64,000 nucleotides of DNA, from assembly GCA_963722385.1 (NCBI GenBank), contig CAVRKK010000002.1, positions 800,001 to 864,000 of the forward strand. The letters are read 5' to 3'. The DNA is from an uncultured bacterium. Its GTDB lineage: Bacteria; Babelota; Babeliae; Babelales; Babelaceae. Below are positions 40,083-50,410 of this stretch, piece by piece. Both the position numbers and the translations under genes were made by a program. A model generated the notes under the pieces. That model was not told the DNA's origin, did no database searches, and saw nothing but the letters and a program-made list of their open reading frames with translations. Within the stretch, counting starts at the first letter, position 1, and each line of letters starts with the position of its first letter.

Positions 40083-40478
40083 TATTTCTTTAGATATTTT
40101 AATTTTACTTGGGGAAAATAAAAGTATATAGACCAGGAACAAGGGATGAACAATTTGATATCTTTAACGTTGTTTTTTCTGGAGTTTCGTCGTTTTACTT
40201 CATAGAAGATATCGGAAAACGGAGATCTGATATATACGACACGGACCCAGGAGGCACAACAGAGTTGACTACTATAAGTTACTATAAAGATGGTATGAAA
40301 AATTAACGTTGTTGCCCTTAAGGGAGGTGAAGATGCAAGATGGGCAAACCAATGGTATTCATCGGCAAATTTCGGCCTAGAACTTGATCCATCAGCATTA
40401 TTCATTGAAGCCAGAAGTATAACCATAAATGATAAAACCTATGAGGTAGGCTATCCCCAAGATGAAGGAGGTTTATAA
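40082..40478 (+). pseudogene. YxiG-like putative immunity protein fragment
   Basis: FSGVSSFYF...ELTTISYY (frameshift) ...YSSANFGLEL..SALFIEARSITINDKTY. Confidence 0.5.
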
Positions 40479-40656
40479 CGTCCAATAAAACCTGGTTGAG
40501 ATTATCACATGCTTCATTTTGTTGGCATCTGGCAAAAAAATTTGTTATTATCAGAAATAATATCGCTAGATTATTTAAAAAATTGTCAAATATCAATAAA
40601 CATGCTAGTTTGATGGATATATTTATCTTTTATTATATAAAACTGAAAGGATTGTT

Positions 40657-41460
40657 ATGGACATGAGAAAAATTCTCGGAATCATAGGTCTATCTGTAGT
40701 ACTTACTCTGGGTAGCTGGCAAGCGACTGGGATGGAAGCTCCTGGTCATGAATCAAGCAGCGATGAGGAAACAAGTGCAAAAGAATACTCGCCCGAGGAA
40801 GCAGAACAGGGCAGAAAGCTTATCCAAGCGGTTAAAGATGAAGATATGGATCTCATTTATGCCTTAATTGACGCAACACCAGCTATCATTAACTACCAAG
40901 ACCCAGAAACGGGCAACACACCACTTTTAGAAGCAGTGGAAGACTCTAACCGTCCAATAATCAAGCTTCTCCTTCAAAAAGGTGCTGACCCTTTGATTAA
41001 AAACGCTCAAGGATTTCCGCCAATTTTCATCATTCTTCAGAAGTGGAGTGAACGTGAAGAGCTTTTAAGGCTGTTGATTTCTTACAATATAAAAGCTCGT
41101 GATGCACGTGGCCCTAATGGGCAAACAGCGTTGCAATATGCTGTTGAACATGATTTACCCGAAACAGATGTCCTCTTGGGTTTATGGGCTAATATTAATG
41201 CACAAGATGACAGGGGCTGGACGGCTTTGCATTATGCTGTTGATTCAAGCAATAGCACAATGGTAGATTTTTTGCTTGAAAAAAGAGCAAATCCTAATAT
41301 TAGAAGCTTCGATAGCGATGGTAATCGTACAGCTGATATGGTTATTAACTATGCTAGAGCAGGGAGAAGGGCGCCTGATATAGTTGATGCTGTGCAAAGG
41401 GCTCAATTAAGCTATGGAAAAGGATGGTTTAGCGGTCTTAGAAGCCTCATCGGTTTGTAA
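40657..41460 (+). CDS. Exported ankyrin-repeat protein
   Basis: Signal peptide then GMEAP; GNTPL, GQTAL, GWTALH repeats. Confidence 0.9.
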   Translation: MDMRKILGIIGLSVVLTLGSWQATGMEAPGHESSSDEETSAKEYSPEEAEQGRKLIQAVKDEDMDLIYALIDATPAIINYQDPETGNTPLLEAVEDSNRPIIKLLLQKGADPLIKNAQGFPPIFIILQKWSEREELLRLLISYNIKARDARGPNGQTALQYAVEHDLPETDVLLGLWANINAQDDRGWTALHYAVDSSNSTMVDFLLEKRANPNIRSFDSDGNRTADMVINYARAGRRAPDIVDAVQRAQLSYGKGWFSGLRSLIGL

Positions 41461-41512
41461 TTTACTACAAGTCTTAGTTTTTTTGAAGCCAGCACAAGGT
41501 GCTGGCTTTTTT
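41192..41512 (+). repeat. Copy 2 of shared ankyrin 3' cassette plus terminator
   Basis: Matches 12605-12933. Confidence 0.9.
41486..41512 (+). terminator. Intrinsic terminator
   Basis: AAGCCAGCAC-AAG-GTGCTGGCTT followed by a T run. Confidence 0.85.
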
Positions 41513-41584
41513 ATTTATATTGCAATTCATGATACATATTAATTATAATTACTTTTAAATAGCAAATTAAAACAGGAGTAAGTA

Positions 41585-44500
41585 ATGAAGCAGCTAAACG
41601 TAATCTGCATTTTAGCTTTCTTATGTTGCAGTTTACTGGTTCGGCTAGCACATGCCCAAGAAATTGAAACTCCAGAAGAGCTATCGGCCAGGAAAGCTCA
41701 TTTAGAAAAGGAACAAGGGCAACTTGAGCAAAAATTACTTTTAGCTCAACGAGAAAACAAACCGGAAGAAGTTTTAAAAATTGAAAACCAGAAAAAGCAA
41801 ATTGCTCAGCAGCTTAAGAAGATAGATGAAGAGGAATCACGAGCAGTTCCCGTTGTCTCCCCAACAACACCGTCTAATCAAGTGCCAATTGTAGTCACAA
41901 AAGCTGGTAGTGAACAAGATGTTCTCCAAGCACCAGATATAATAAGTTGGCAAAAAGCTTGGGAAGCATTTGCTGAACAACCTGGCAGACTTTGGGGCAA
42001 AGGCGGCGCTTTGTTTGCCGCTACTTCCCCTGGAGAAAGAGCACAGAATATTGTTGAAATTATAAAGAAATTACCTGATAACTTTACTGCTAATCAAAGT
42101 ATTGATGCGCTCTCTCTTATAGCTCAGCAAGCGCTTGACATGAAAAATAAGAATTATTTTACGCCAGATGAAGCTAATCGTGATTACGGCCGAATAATCA
42201 AAGCTCTAGCTAAAAAGCTAGGCCAAGTCATCGAAAATGCCCATTATCAAGATCAAAGTCCTGAACAGGTAAATCAGTTACTTATGACAATCCTCAAAAA
42301 AATTAAGGCAGACCCTCAATTTGAAAGACTGATACAAACTACCATTGTTACTAAGATGGTTGAATATTTAAAGACCATGCCATTACAAGAGGGTTCTGCA
42401 AATATCTTAAGTAATTTTGGCGACATAATAGACGTTTTTCTTAAACTCTCAAAAGGTATTGTTCTGGCTGAAATTCATATTCACGCGATTCAAACTGCTT
42501 TGGCAGAAGTCATTGAAAAAATAGCTGAGCCTATTGCTAACCTATCATTTGAACAGGGACTAAGTACGCTCAAGGATATAGCGGAAAGTAAGAATGTTAA
42601 AGCATTATCCAAGAAGATGCCACAGCTTTCCCATATATTTGTTATTACTGCGAATCGACTTTTATCGAACGAATTAAGCAATCATAGTTTAACACGCGAT
42701 ATTTCACCGCTTACGCAACCTGGCCAAACGGAAGAGCAGAAAGAAGCATTATACCTGAATGCTTATGTTAAAGAAGTAGACTTGCTCAATAAATATTTAA
42801 TTTTTACCAAGAAGAATGGCGCCAGCAAAACAGACCCAGAATTTCAAGCAGCGGCACGAAGGCTTTCTCGCGTTAACGATTTTATGAATGAACAAAAGGA
42901 TTTGCCAGAAACACAAGCCAATAAGCAACTTTTTAACAAGCTCAATAAGGCTATTTTTAAGGTGCTCGACACGCTGGTCGATGAAGGCGGCATCATGGGT
43001 GTTCTCGAGCATGATACAGAATTTGAGTCAAAAGAAGAGGAACAAAGCAAGCTTTTCAATCGGCTGTCTGCGCTTCCTGAAGATATGCTCGCTGGGATGA
43101 ATCAAGAAGCTACCAGCGTACTTGAACAAATGAGCAAAACTACTGATCCAAAAAGGCTTAAAGAGCTTTATGATAACTTAGAGGCTATCTACGTAAACCT
43201 TACCCAGCCACTCATCGAGGAGAAAGATAAAAGCTATGACTTAAAAGATTTACTTATTGAATCGGCTGATCTTGCAAACTTAAGTAAGCTTACCGAACAA
43301 ATCGAAAAAGCCCTTGGGCCTCGAAAAGAAGTACTCCAAAAGAATGTTAAGCGCCTCGTAACGATAAGAGACCGCTTTAATGAAATATTGCCAAAGCTTA
43401 AAGAATCTTCTCTTGCAAATATCACCGCCCATGGCAAAGAACTTGGTCAGCAAAAACAGGATCTTGAGAAAATAACAGAATATGCAGTACCCGAAGGGAT
43501 GGTGCCAGAGTTTCAACGTACCTATGGGCAGGTAGAGGCATGGACGGACATCATCGACGCAGCTGAAGCATATAAAGCGTTAACTAGTGCGCCTGCTCAA
43601 TTAACCGAGCAAGAAAAAGCAACTGTTGGCCAAGTGTATGTAACCGTAACCAAAGCTTTTGCTGGCATTCCTGTTTCCCTCGATTATGATCAAGAAAAAA
43701 TATTTACCGATCGTCTTGAGGCTATGAAGAAGCAACAAGAAGCATTGGATAAGCTTACGAGTCTCGTGCGTGAGCCAAAAGCAACTATCGGTGGCAAAGA
43801 GTACGATTTGCTGCAGGTTGCGGGCTTTATTAAAAAGCTTGCTTATCGTTTTGAGAAACTTTCGTCACAGCAGCTTGATGATTTAGAAAAAAGTGGCTTT
43901 TTGATTCATGACGTACGAGAGGGTCAAACATATTATAGGCCAAGTGATCGTGGCCTTTATTTAGTCAGCATTGCTGATACGCTTAATGACGTTGAACGCC
44001 GCGCAAAGCAGCTTGATGAATATCAAAAGCAGCATGCTTCTGGTATAGAGCCAAGCCTTCAGAGACTCAGCCCTACGGGGCGACCTATCGAAATTGCAGA
44101 GGCTTATAGACTGCAGTTGCTTATTCTTGATGATCAGGTTGATGTTCTTCAGTATCTCTATCGTAGAAACATTCTCGAAAACAAAGTTGAAGAAGCAGTT
44201 TCTGGTGTTGTTAATACTACTGCTATCAATAACCCGCCGCCACTGGCCAAAATTGATAAAACAGAATTGCTCAATGATATAAGTGATTTGCTCTCCGTAG
44301 CACGTGCCGAGTTAAGAAAGGAATCAGTCAATCCCTATTTTGAGTCACTTGTTGAAAGTGAAGCTTATATTGAGTCGTTACCTCAAAAAGAGCAGGCGGA
44401 AGCACGCAAGGCAGCTGGCTTAACAACCTGGATTATGCGCATTATTGGCCTCTCTGATCCTGAGGCAGTTTTTACCGCTGATGAGGCAACTATTACTGAA

Positions 44501-45643
44501 GAGGTCAAAGATATCTATACCAAGTTGAAAAGTGCCGTTAATGCCAGCTTAGCTGATCTTGCTGCTCGCTGGAAGCAAGCGATGATTGCTGGTAAAGAGA
44601 CTGCCAGTAAAGTAGCATGGTACAGCGCAATTCCCGCCGCTGTTGTTGCTTTCTTTGCCACTAAAATAACGGTGCAGGCGGGAGCACCGATAATCGGCGG
44701 AACCCTGGGAAGCGCCATTGGACCCGTAGGAACCGTTGCTGGGGCAACTATTGGAAGCATGGTGGGCGGTGTGACAGGCGATATTGCTGCTCTCTTTGCT
44801 GGCGCCGGTGCAGGAGCGAGCTTGTACCTTCTTTATGCGACCCTGAAGCCAACCGAACAAGATTATGAAAAATTAAACGAGCTTCTTTTTAAAGCAGGCT
44901 ATGTGCCTGAATATATTCAAAAAGATCCTGGACTTTGGAATAAAGCCGTTGAGAAAATGAAAAGCTTGTTTTCTTCTGAGGTCACCAATATGGTCAAGGA
45001 TGCAGAAAAGGTAAAAGAGGGAGTTGATCAAAAAATAGCATGGGCTACTAAAGCACAAGAAGAGCTTTATGCGCAGCTTGGCATTGAACCCAATGCGCGA
45101 GCGACTGCTGTAGAAGCTGGCTTTAAGCAAAAAGAAGAAGCGCTCAAAGGTCGGCTTTTCTTAAATCGGTGGCTTACCAAAAAGAACTTAACGCGAGACT
45201 ATCGCCGTATGCTTAAATGCCATATCGAAGCACGCCGCGCCCAAATAGAATACAACAGTGTTCTTGTTGACATAGCTACCAAAATTATGGCTGATGTAGC
45301 ACGGGAAAATACCGGCATCCTCGATGGCATCTGGAATTTTATCTGGGGCACTAAACAAGGGACTGAAGAGAAACCAACCGCTGACAAATTGATCCAAACG
45401 GCGCGCGACACTATCGATGTATATCGTCGCCAAGTGGCTGATCTTATTGCCCTTGAATCAATGATTGAAAAGCAGGCGGGGGACATTAGCAAAGCTGATC
45501 CTTTTGGTAAAGGAAACACGTTAATTGACGCATTTAGAGATCAGTTTAATAGTAGAGTTAACGATTTAGAAGTCTCATACGTCGATAATGTTAATCTTCT
45601 GCTTGAGTCTCAAGGCAAGAAAACGCTCAGCCTCCCTACCTAA
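41585..45643 (+). CDS. Large exported helical/coiled-coil protein with a glycine-zipper hydrophobic region
   Basis: AGGAG RBS, AHA signal peptide, K/E/Q-rich helices, GGTLGSAIGPVGTVAGATIGSMVGG. Confidence 0.85.
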   Translation: MKQLNVICILAFLCCSLLVRLAHAQEIETPEELSARKAHLEKEQGQLEQKLLLAQRENKPEEVLKIENQKKQIAQQLKKIDEEESRAVPVVSPTTPSNQVPIVVTKAGSEQDVLQAPDIISWQKAWEAFAEQPGRLWGKGGALFAATSPGERAQNIVEIIKKLPDNFTANQSIDALSLIAQQALDMKNKNYFTPDEANRDYGRIIKALAKKLGQVIENAHYQDQSPEQVNQLLMTILKKIKADPQFERLIQTTIVTKMVEYLKTMPLQEGSANILSNFGDIIDVFLKLSKGIVLAEIHIHAIQTALAEVIEKIAEPIANLSFEQGLSTLKDIAESKNVKALSKKMPQLSHIFVITANRLLSNELSNHSLTRDISPLTQPGQTEEQKEALYLNAYVKEVDLLNKYLIFTKKNGASKTDPEFQAAARRLSRVNDFMNEQKDLPETQANKQLFNKLNKAIFKVLDTLVDEGGIMGVLEHDTEFESKEEEQSKLFNRLSALPEDMLAGMNQEATSVLEQMSKTTDPKRLKELYDNLEAIYVNLTQPLIEEKDKSYDLKDLLIESADLANLSKLTEQIEKALGPRKEVLQKNVKRLVTIRDRFNEILPKLKESSLANITAHGKELGQQKQDLEKITEYAVPEGMVPEFQRTYGQVEAWTDIIDAAEAYKALTSAPAQLTEQEKATVGQVYVTVTKAFAGIPVSLDYDQEKIFTDRLEAMKKQQEALDKLTSLVREPKATIGGKEYDLLQVAGFIKKLAYRFEKLSSQQLDDLEKSGFLIHDVREGQTYYRPSDRGLYLVSIADTLNDVERRAKQLDEYQKQHASGIEPSLQRLSPTGRPIEIAEAYRLQLLILDDQVDVLQYLYRRNILENKVEEAVSGVVNTTAINNPPPLAKIDKTELLNDISDLLSVARAELRKESVNPYFESLVESEAYIESLPQKEQAEARKAAGLTTWIMRIIGLSDPEAVFTADEATITEEVKDIYTKLKSAVNASLADLAARWKQAMIAGKETASKVAWYSAIPAAVVAFFATKITVQAGAPIIGGTLGSAIGPVGTVAGATIGSMVGGVTGDIAALFAGAGAGASLYLLYATLKPTEQDYEKLNELLFKAGYVPEYIQKDPGLWNKAVEKMKSLFSSEVTNMVKDAEKVKEGVDQKIAWATKAQEELYAQLGIEPNARATAVEAGFKQKEEALKGRLFLNRWLTKKNLTRDYRRMLKCHIEARRAQIEYNSVLVDIATKIMADVARENTGILDGIWNFIWGTKQGTEEKPTADKLIQTARDTIDVYRRQVADLIALESMIEKQAGDISKADPFGKGNTLIDAFRDQFNSRVNDLEVSYVDNVNLLLESQGKKTLSLPT

Positions 45644-45660
45644 AAATTTGACTCTTAGAG

Positions 45661-45687
45661 GGGAGGTGCGATTATAACGCATCTCCC
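45661..45687. terminator. Hairpin between convergent genes
   Basis: GGGAGGTGCG-N7-CGCATCTCCC. Confidence 0.55.
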
Positions 45688-45720
45688 GGTAAGTTTTTGC
45701 TGAATTTAGAATTTAGTTTC

Positions 45721-46770
45721 CTAAAGCTCTGCTGGAACTGGTGCTGTCGCATAATTCACCGAGCCACCCGTGCGATGACGGTTAACAAAATATTTATAGG
45801 CAAAATAACCAGCGATACCAGCTACAACTAACCCAGTAAGACCAGCAACCCCACCTACAATAGGTCCTGCGATTATAGCGATATTGGTCGAACCGCCATC
45901 ACCTGAATTTTCTTGGCCCGCATTACTCAACCCAAAGACTTGGGCAATCGATACGTCATCAGAGTAAAAATTAGCAGTAGCAACAAGCGAGCTTCCATCT
46001 TCGGCGAGTTGCGGTGAAAAGACTATTGATACGCAATCCATGGAATCGCCTGGCAGAACATATGATGTACTGTTATGTATTATGCCGTTTGTTGTTTGCA
46101 AAAGAGCAATGGTACTCGAGCCACTGTTAGCGGTGGCAAACTGCGAAGCATCGGGCGAAAGAGCAATTGAACCAGGTTGGGCATTGCCTTGCGGTAGCTG
46201 GCGAGACTGGCCGTCGGACAGCGAATTTCCTTGAACAAGGAAAAGAGAAATATCATCTGACCCACTGTTTGCGGCAACAACCACCGTGTTGCCATTGCTG
46301 TCCAAGAAAGAAATAACAGAAGCGGGGACGGAAGACCCGGTTGGTAGTGGCTTTGAACCGCTGTAATCTAACAGCCCATTTACAAGCTTAAAAAGCGAGA
46401 TATCGTGCGACTTCGCATTGGCAGTGACAAGAAAGTTGCTATCGGGCGTAAAGGTCAAAGCTACCGGTTGCGTAGAATTTATCAAAGAGTAAGAGCGGGA
46501 TTTTGGGGTGTTTCTGCAACTACTTTAAAGAGTGTTACATCACTCGAGTTGCTGTTGGCGGTTGCAAGATAAGCATCGTTTGGCGAAAAAGCAACTGCAA
46601 CGGGAACGGTTGATCCTGCAGGAAGTGCGTATGAGCTAGCATCAGCAAGCTTCCCAATTACCACGTTAAAAAGGGTCACATCGCTAGAGTTACTATTAGC
46701 CGTTGCTAAGTAACTGCTATTTGATGAGAACGTTATTCCCGTAGGGCTTAATGAGCCTGCAGGAAGTACT
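45721..46770 (-). pseudogene. Lactonase-like beta-propeller with C-terminal TM; frameshift near 46495 and N-terminus lost
   Basis: Same repeat type as 34764-36023, split over two frames; no signal peptide. Confidence 0.75.
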
Positions 46771-46863
46771 AGTTGATCAGCTCACGTCGCTTCCCCCGTA
46801 TTTCTCATAACTTAGGAGTAATACTTAGTGATCCCTGTTTTTTAAAAACATAGAAAGGTTTAG

Positions 46864-46895
46864 AAAAGAGCCGGTAGAGCATTAAGCTCTACCGG
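46864..46895 (-). terminator. Terminator of the collagen-like gene
   Basis: CCGGTAGAGC-N5-GCTCTACCGG followed by CTCTTTTC on the minus strand. Confidence 0.7.
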
Positions 46896-46909
46896 GTTAA
46901 AATAATAAA

Positions 46910-48262
46910 TTAACCTATTCTTATGATTGAGACAGTAGCTATAGGTGCATCTGCTGAAGTGCCATCTACATTTGGTATTTCACACAAAGATATACCTGTT
47001 GTTGAGAAGCAGCCCCATTGGAAGGTAAGGTCTGTTCCTCCTGTGTAATTGAGAATAAAGGTGTTTGATACCTCAGTTGCTCCTATATTTGACGTTGTAA
47101 TTATTGTGGTAGGAATGGTTACCGATTCCTGACTTCCTGAATAGGTAGTACCCCCAATTTGAGCGTGTGCCGAGAGGACAACGGTACCAGCTGCGTCAAG
47201 ATTAGCTGAGGTTGCTATATTATATGATACGGAATAAATACCGGAGTTCGGGTTGGAAAATGTTGTGCCACCAGTCAGCGTCCATCCATCTGCTATTACT
47301 TCAGTGAACTGCGTTATTGTATTATATGTATTGGCAGAACCTGTTGACAAGTTTGTCTGGAAAGCATTTATATAGTCGTGATTTGTAAAAACAACACCGG
47401 TCGAACCCGTTGGACCTGTTTGCCCAGTCGAACCAGTCGAGCCTATAGTACCAGTTGGGCCAGTTTGTCCCGTCGATCCTGTCGAGCCTACTCCTGTTGG
47501 ACCAGTGAAACCAGTTGAACCGGTCGAGCCTATGAGACCCGTTGGGCCAGTTTGTCCCGTCGATCCTGTCGAGCCTACTCCTGTTGGACCAGTGAAACCA
47601 GTTGAACCGGTCGAGCCTATGAGACCCGTTGGACCCGTTTGTCCCGTCGATCCTGTCGAGCCTGCTCCCGTTGGGCCAGTGAAACCAGTTGAACCGGTCG
47701 AGCCTATGAGACCCGTTGGACCCGTTTGTCCCGTCGATCCTGTCGAGCCTGCTCCCGTTGGGCCAGTGAAACCAGTTGAACCAGTCGAGCCTATTGCACC
47801 AGTTGGGCCAGTTTGTCCCGTCGATCCTGTCGAGCCTGCTCCCGTTGGGCCAGTGAAACCAGTTGAACCAGTCGAGCCTATTGCACCAGTTGGGCCAGTT
47901 TGTCCCGTCGATCCTGTCTGACCTGTTGAGCCTGTATGACCACGCCTGCCCCTTCTGCCTCGATTTCCCTGGTTACCTTTGCGACCTCGATGGCCAGTAG
48001 GCCCTGTTGGTCCCGGACGACCATGTTTGCCGCGTTTACCTTCTTCCCCGTGCTTGCCGCGGTGTCCGGTAGTTCCGGTAGAGCCGGTTGAGCCAACTCG
48101 CCGATGTCGGTGCCGGTCATGATGTGCATCTTTTTGCTGCCTTGAAAGTATAGGCTGGTGGTGCCGCACTTTTTGTGCGGAGTCGGGCTTGCTCAGGGTG
48201 TCGCCGGCAATCAGGCCAAATAACCCCAAGAGCATGGCAAATAAGACAAAATTTTTCCTCAT
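46910..48262 (-). CDS. Secreted collagen-like protein with BclA/C1q-like C-terminal domain
   Basis: Signal peptide, G-X-T triplets, C-terminal beta domain (SGIYSVSY). Confidence 0.88.
   Translation of the reverse strand: MRKNFVLFAMLLGLFGLIAGDTLSKPDSAQKVRHHQPILSRQQKDAHHDRHRHRRVGSTGSTGTTGHRGKHGEEGKRGKHGRPGPTGPTGHRGRKGNQGNRGRRGRRGHTGSTGQTGSTGQTGPTGAIGSTGSTGFTGPTGAGSTGSTGQTGPTGAIGSTGSTGFTGPTGAGSTGSTGQTGPTGLIGSTGSTGFTGPTGAGSTGSTGQTGPTGLIGSTGSTGFTGPTGVGSTGSTGQTGPTGLIGSTGSTGFTGPTGVGSTGSTGQTGPTGTIGSTGSTGQTGPTGSTGVVFTNHDYINAFQTNLSTGSANTYNTITQFTEVIADGWTLTGGTTFSNPNSGIYSVSYNIATSANLDAAGTVVLSAHAQIGGTTYSGSQESVTIPTTIITTSNIGATEVSNTFILNYTGGTDLTFQWGCFSTTGISLCEIPNVDGTSADAPIATVSIIRIG
47400..47935 (-). repeat. 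87 bp tandem repeat (29 aa), five full units plus partial flanks
   Basis: gtttgtcccgtcgatcctgtc recurs at 47463, 47550, 47637, 47724, 47811, 47898 (approximate). Confidence 0.9.
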
Positions 48263-48602
48263 TGACCTCTCCTTTTTAATAACTATTTCTTCTTGCCTCC
48301 CCCTCAGAATTTAGCATCCTCCCTTTCGTATATAAGCGTGACTGTTCAAGAATGGGTTTGTTAGCATCCATCTTGCTTTTAAATCATCGATTCTATAATT
48401 AGTACATTATTATTAAAATTAACGAATGCTCCTCTAGTTAAGTACTTTTTTGTGCTACTCGTCAACCAAATATTTCACTATTACAGTCATATAAAAAAGA
48501 TAGAATAAAAAAATTGCGCAAAAATCAGCTCTTAAAAAGCAAGTTGCTACTAGCACAGAAAAGCTATCCTTGCTATTCTGAATATACTGTGGCGATTTTT
48601 TT

Positions 48603-49286
48603 ATGGTTATGAACGAACTTATTTTTTTTATCTACCTCTTAGCGACCTCGCTCTCGTTACTGATAGCTCTGCTCCTGGGCAAAGAGGCGCTTGTTGCTTT
48701 AGTAAGCCTCCAGCTTGTTCTTGCCAATCTTTTTGTTATCAAGCAAATTACCCTCGTGGGCTTTACCGTGACCTCCTCAGATGCTTTGGCGGTTAGCATC
48801 ACGCTGGGCATGAATCTTATACAAGAATACTACGGCAAACAGTCTGTTCTGCGTGCAATAGCCATTAGCTTTTTCTGTATGCTCTTTTTTACCATTACTT
48901 CACTCCTTCACGTTGCGTATCTGCCAAGCGTGGAAGATAAAGCACATGCATGCTTCAGTCTTATCTTAAGTCCTATGCCGCGCCTTATTATTGCCTCGCT
49001 TGTTACCTATCTTATCGTGCAGTTGCTTGATTCATGGCTCTATGGCGCCTTGAAAAAAATTGTTCATGATAGATTCTTTATTTTCCGTAATTATGTATCT
49101 ATCAGTATCACTCAATTTGTCGATACCGTCCTTTTTAGCTTTTTGGGACTTTATGGTATAATAGAGCACTTAGGAGACGTGATTGTGCTGAGTTATGCGG
49201 TAAAGCTTGCAACGCTTATTATTGCCGTACCGTTTCTTGCTCTTTCACGCTGGATGACAAAAACCATTTTCAAGAAAAAACTATAA
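48603..49286 (+). CDS. yhhQ: Queuosine precursor transporter (YhhQ/Vut_1)
   Basis: ANLFVIK, EYYGK, R...ASL..Y...Q..D, RN..S....Q.VDT; adjacent to tgt. Confidence 0.88.
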   Translation: MVMNELIFFIYLLATSLSLLIALLLGKEALVALVSLQLVLANLFVIKQITLVGFTVTSSDALAVSITLGMNLIQEYYGKQSVLRAIAISFFCMLFFTITSLLHVAYLPSVEDKAHACFSLILSPMPRLIIASLVTYLIVQLLDSWLYGALKKIVHDRFFIFRNYVSISITQFVDTVLFSFLGLYGIIEHLGDVIVLSYAVKLATLIIAVPFLALSRWMTKTIFKKKL

Positions 49287-49288
49287 GT

Positions 49289-50410
49289 ATGCGATTTGAG
49301 ATAGTACATCAATCACGTATTTCTCGAGCTCGTGTAGGTCGCATCTATACGCCTCATGGCGTTATTGACACGCCTGGCTTTGTTCCTGTCGCAACGAATG
49401 CCGCCGTAAAAGCCATCGATTCGCAGACCGTTCAAAATCTCGGTACCCAGCTTATTTTTTGCAACACGTATCACCTTCTCTTACACCCAGGGCCGGAGGT
49501 AGTTCGTGCATGTGGGGGCCTCCATGCCTTTATGAATTACACGCATCCGCTTATAACCGATTCAGGGGGCTTTCAGGTATTTAGCCTGGCCTATGGCACC
49601 GTCCATGATGAGCTTAAAAGTAAGGGTGTTAAAAAGCAGGAAGGCTCTGTGGTGAAGATCACAGAGGAGGGCGTCCTTTTTAGGTCATACCGTGATGGCA
49701 CGCTTATTTTGTTAACGCCCGAATCCTCAATACAAGCACAGAAAGACCTGGGCGCCGATATTATCATACCGCTTGATGAACTGCCGCCTTATCATATTAC
49801 TGAACATGCGCTAAAGCGCTCTCTTGAACGTACCCATCGATGGGAAAAGCGGTCGCTTGATGAGCACCTCAAAAATCCCGCAGGGCAAGCAATATACGCG
49901 GTGATCCATGGTGGCATAAACCAGCAGCTGCGTCAGGCCAGTTGCCAAGAGCTTTCTCGACACCCTTGGGATGGCTTTGCCATCGGCGGCAGCATGGGCA
50001 AAAACCGTACCGAAATGGTAACCATGCTCACGGCGCTCATGCCGTTTATTCCTTCAGATAAGCCAAATCACCTGCTTGGCATAGGCGATATTGCATCACT
50101 TGATGAGTGTGTGCCTCTAGGTATCGATACGTTTGATAGCTCACACCCTACACGCGCAGCACGGCACGGTCTTCTTTTTACCAGTACGGGCCCGCTCAAA
50201 ATTCTCCAGACAAGCCATCGAAGCTCATGCGTGCCCATCGACCCCGCTTGTTCATGCCCAACATGTATTAACTATACTCGTGCGTATCTCCATCACCTCT
50301 TTAAGGCCCATGAAATGAGCTCGTTTACCCTTGCTAGTATCCATAACCTTCACTACATGGTAGGCCTTATGGCAAACTATAGAGCAAAAATTATGCGAGA
50401 TGAGCTATGA
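49289..50410 (+). CDS. tgt: tRNA-guanine transglycosylase
   Basis: NTYHL, TDSGGFQVFSL, HLLGIG, CSCPTC..YTRAYLHHL. Confidence 0.97.
   Translation: MRFEIVHQSRISRARVGRIYTPHGVIDTPGFVPVATNAAVKAIDSQTVQNLGTQLIFCNTYHLLLHPGPEVVRACGGLHAFMNYTHPLITDSGGFQVFSLAYGTVHDELKSKGVKKQEGSVVKITEEGVLFRSYRDGTLILLTPESSIQAQKDLGADIIIPLDELPPYHITEHALKRSLERTHRWEKRSLDEHLKNPAGQAIYAVIHGGINQQLRQASCQELSRHPWDGFAIGGSMGKNRTEMVTMLTALMPFIPSDKPNHLLGIGDIASLDECVPLGIDTFDSSHPTRAARHGLLFTSTGPLKILQTSHRSSCVPIDPACSCPTCINYTRAYLHHLFKAHEMSSFTLASIHNLHYMVGLMANYRAKIMRDEL

Noticed and set aside
47505..47921. PV-repeat ORF on the plus strand
   Set aside because: Antisense reading of the collagen repeat.
47400..47935. Possible CRISPR array
   Set aside because: Contiguous in-frame coding repeats with no unique spacers; no cas genes.
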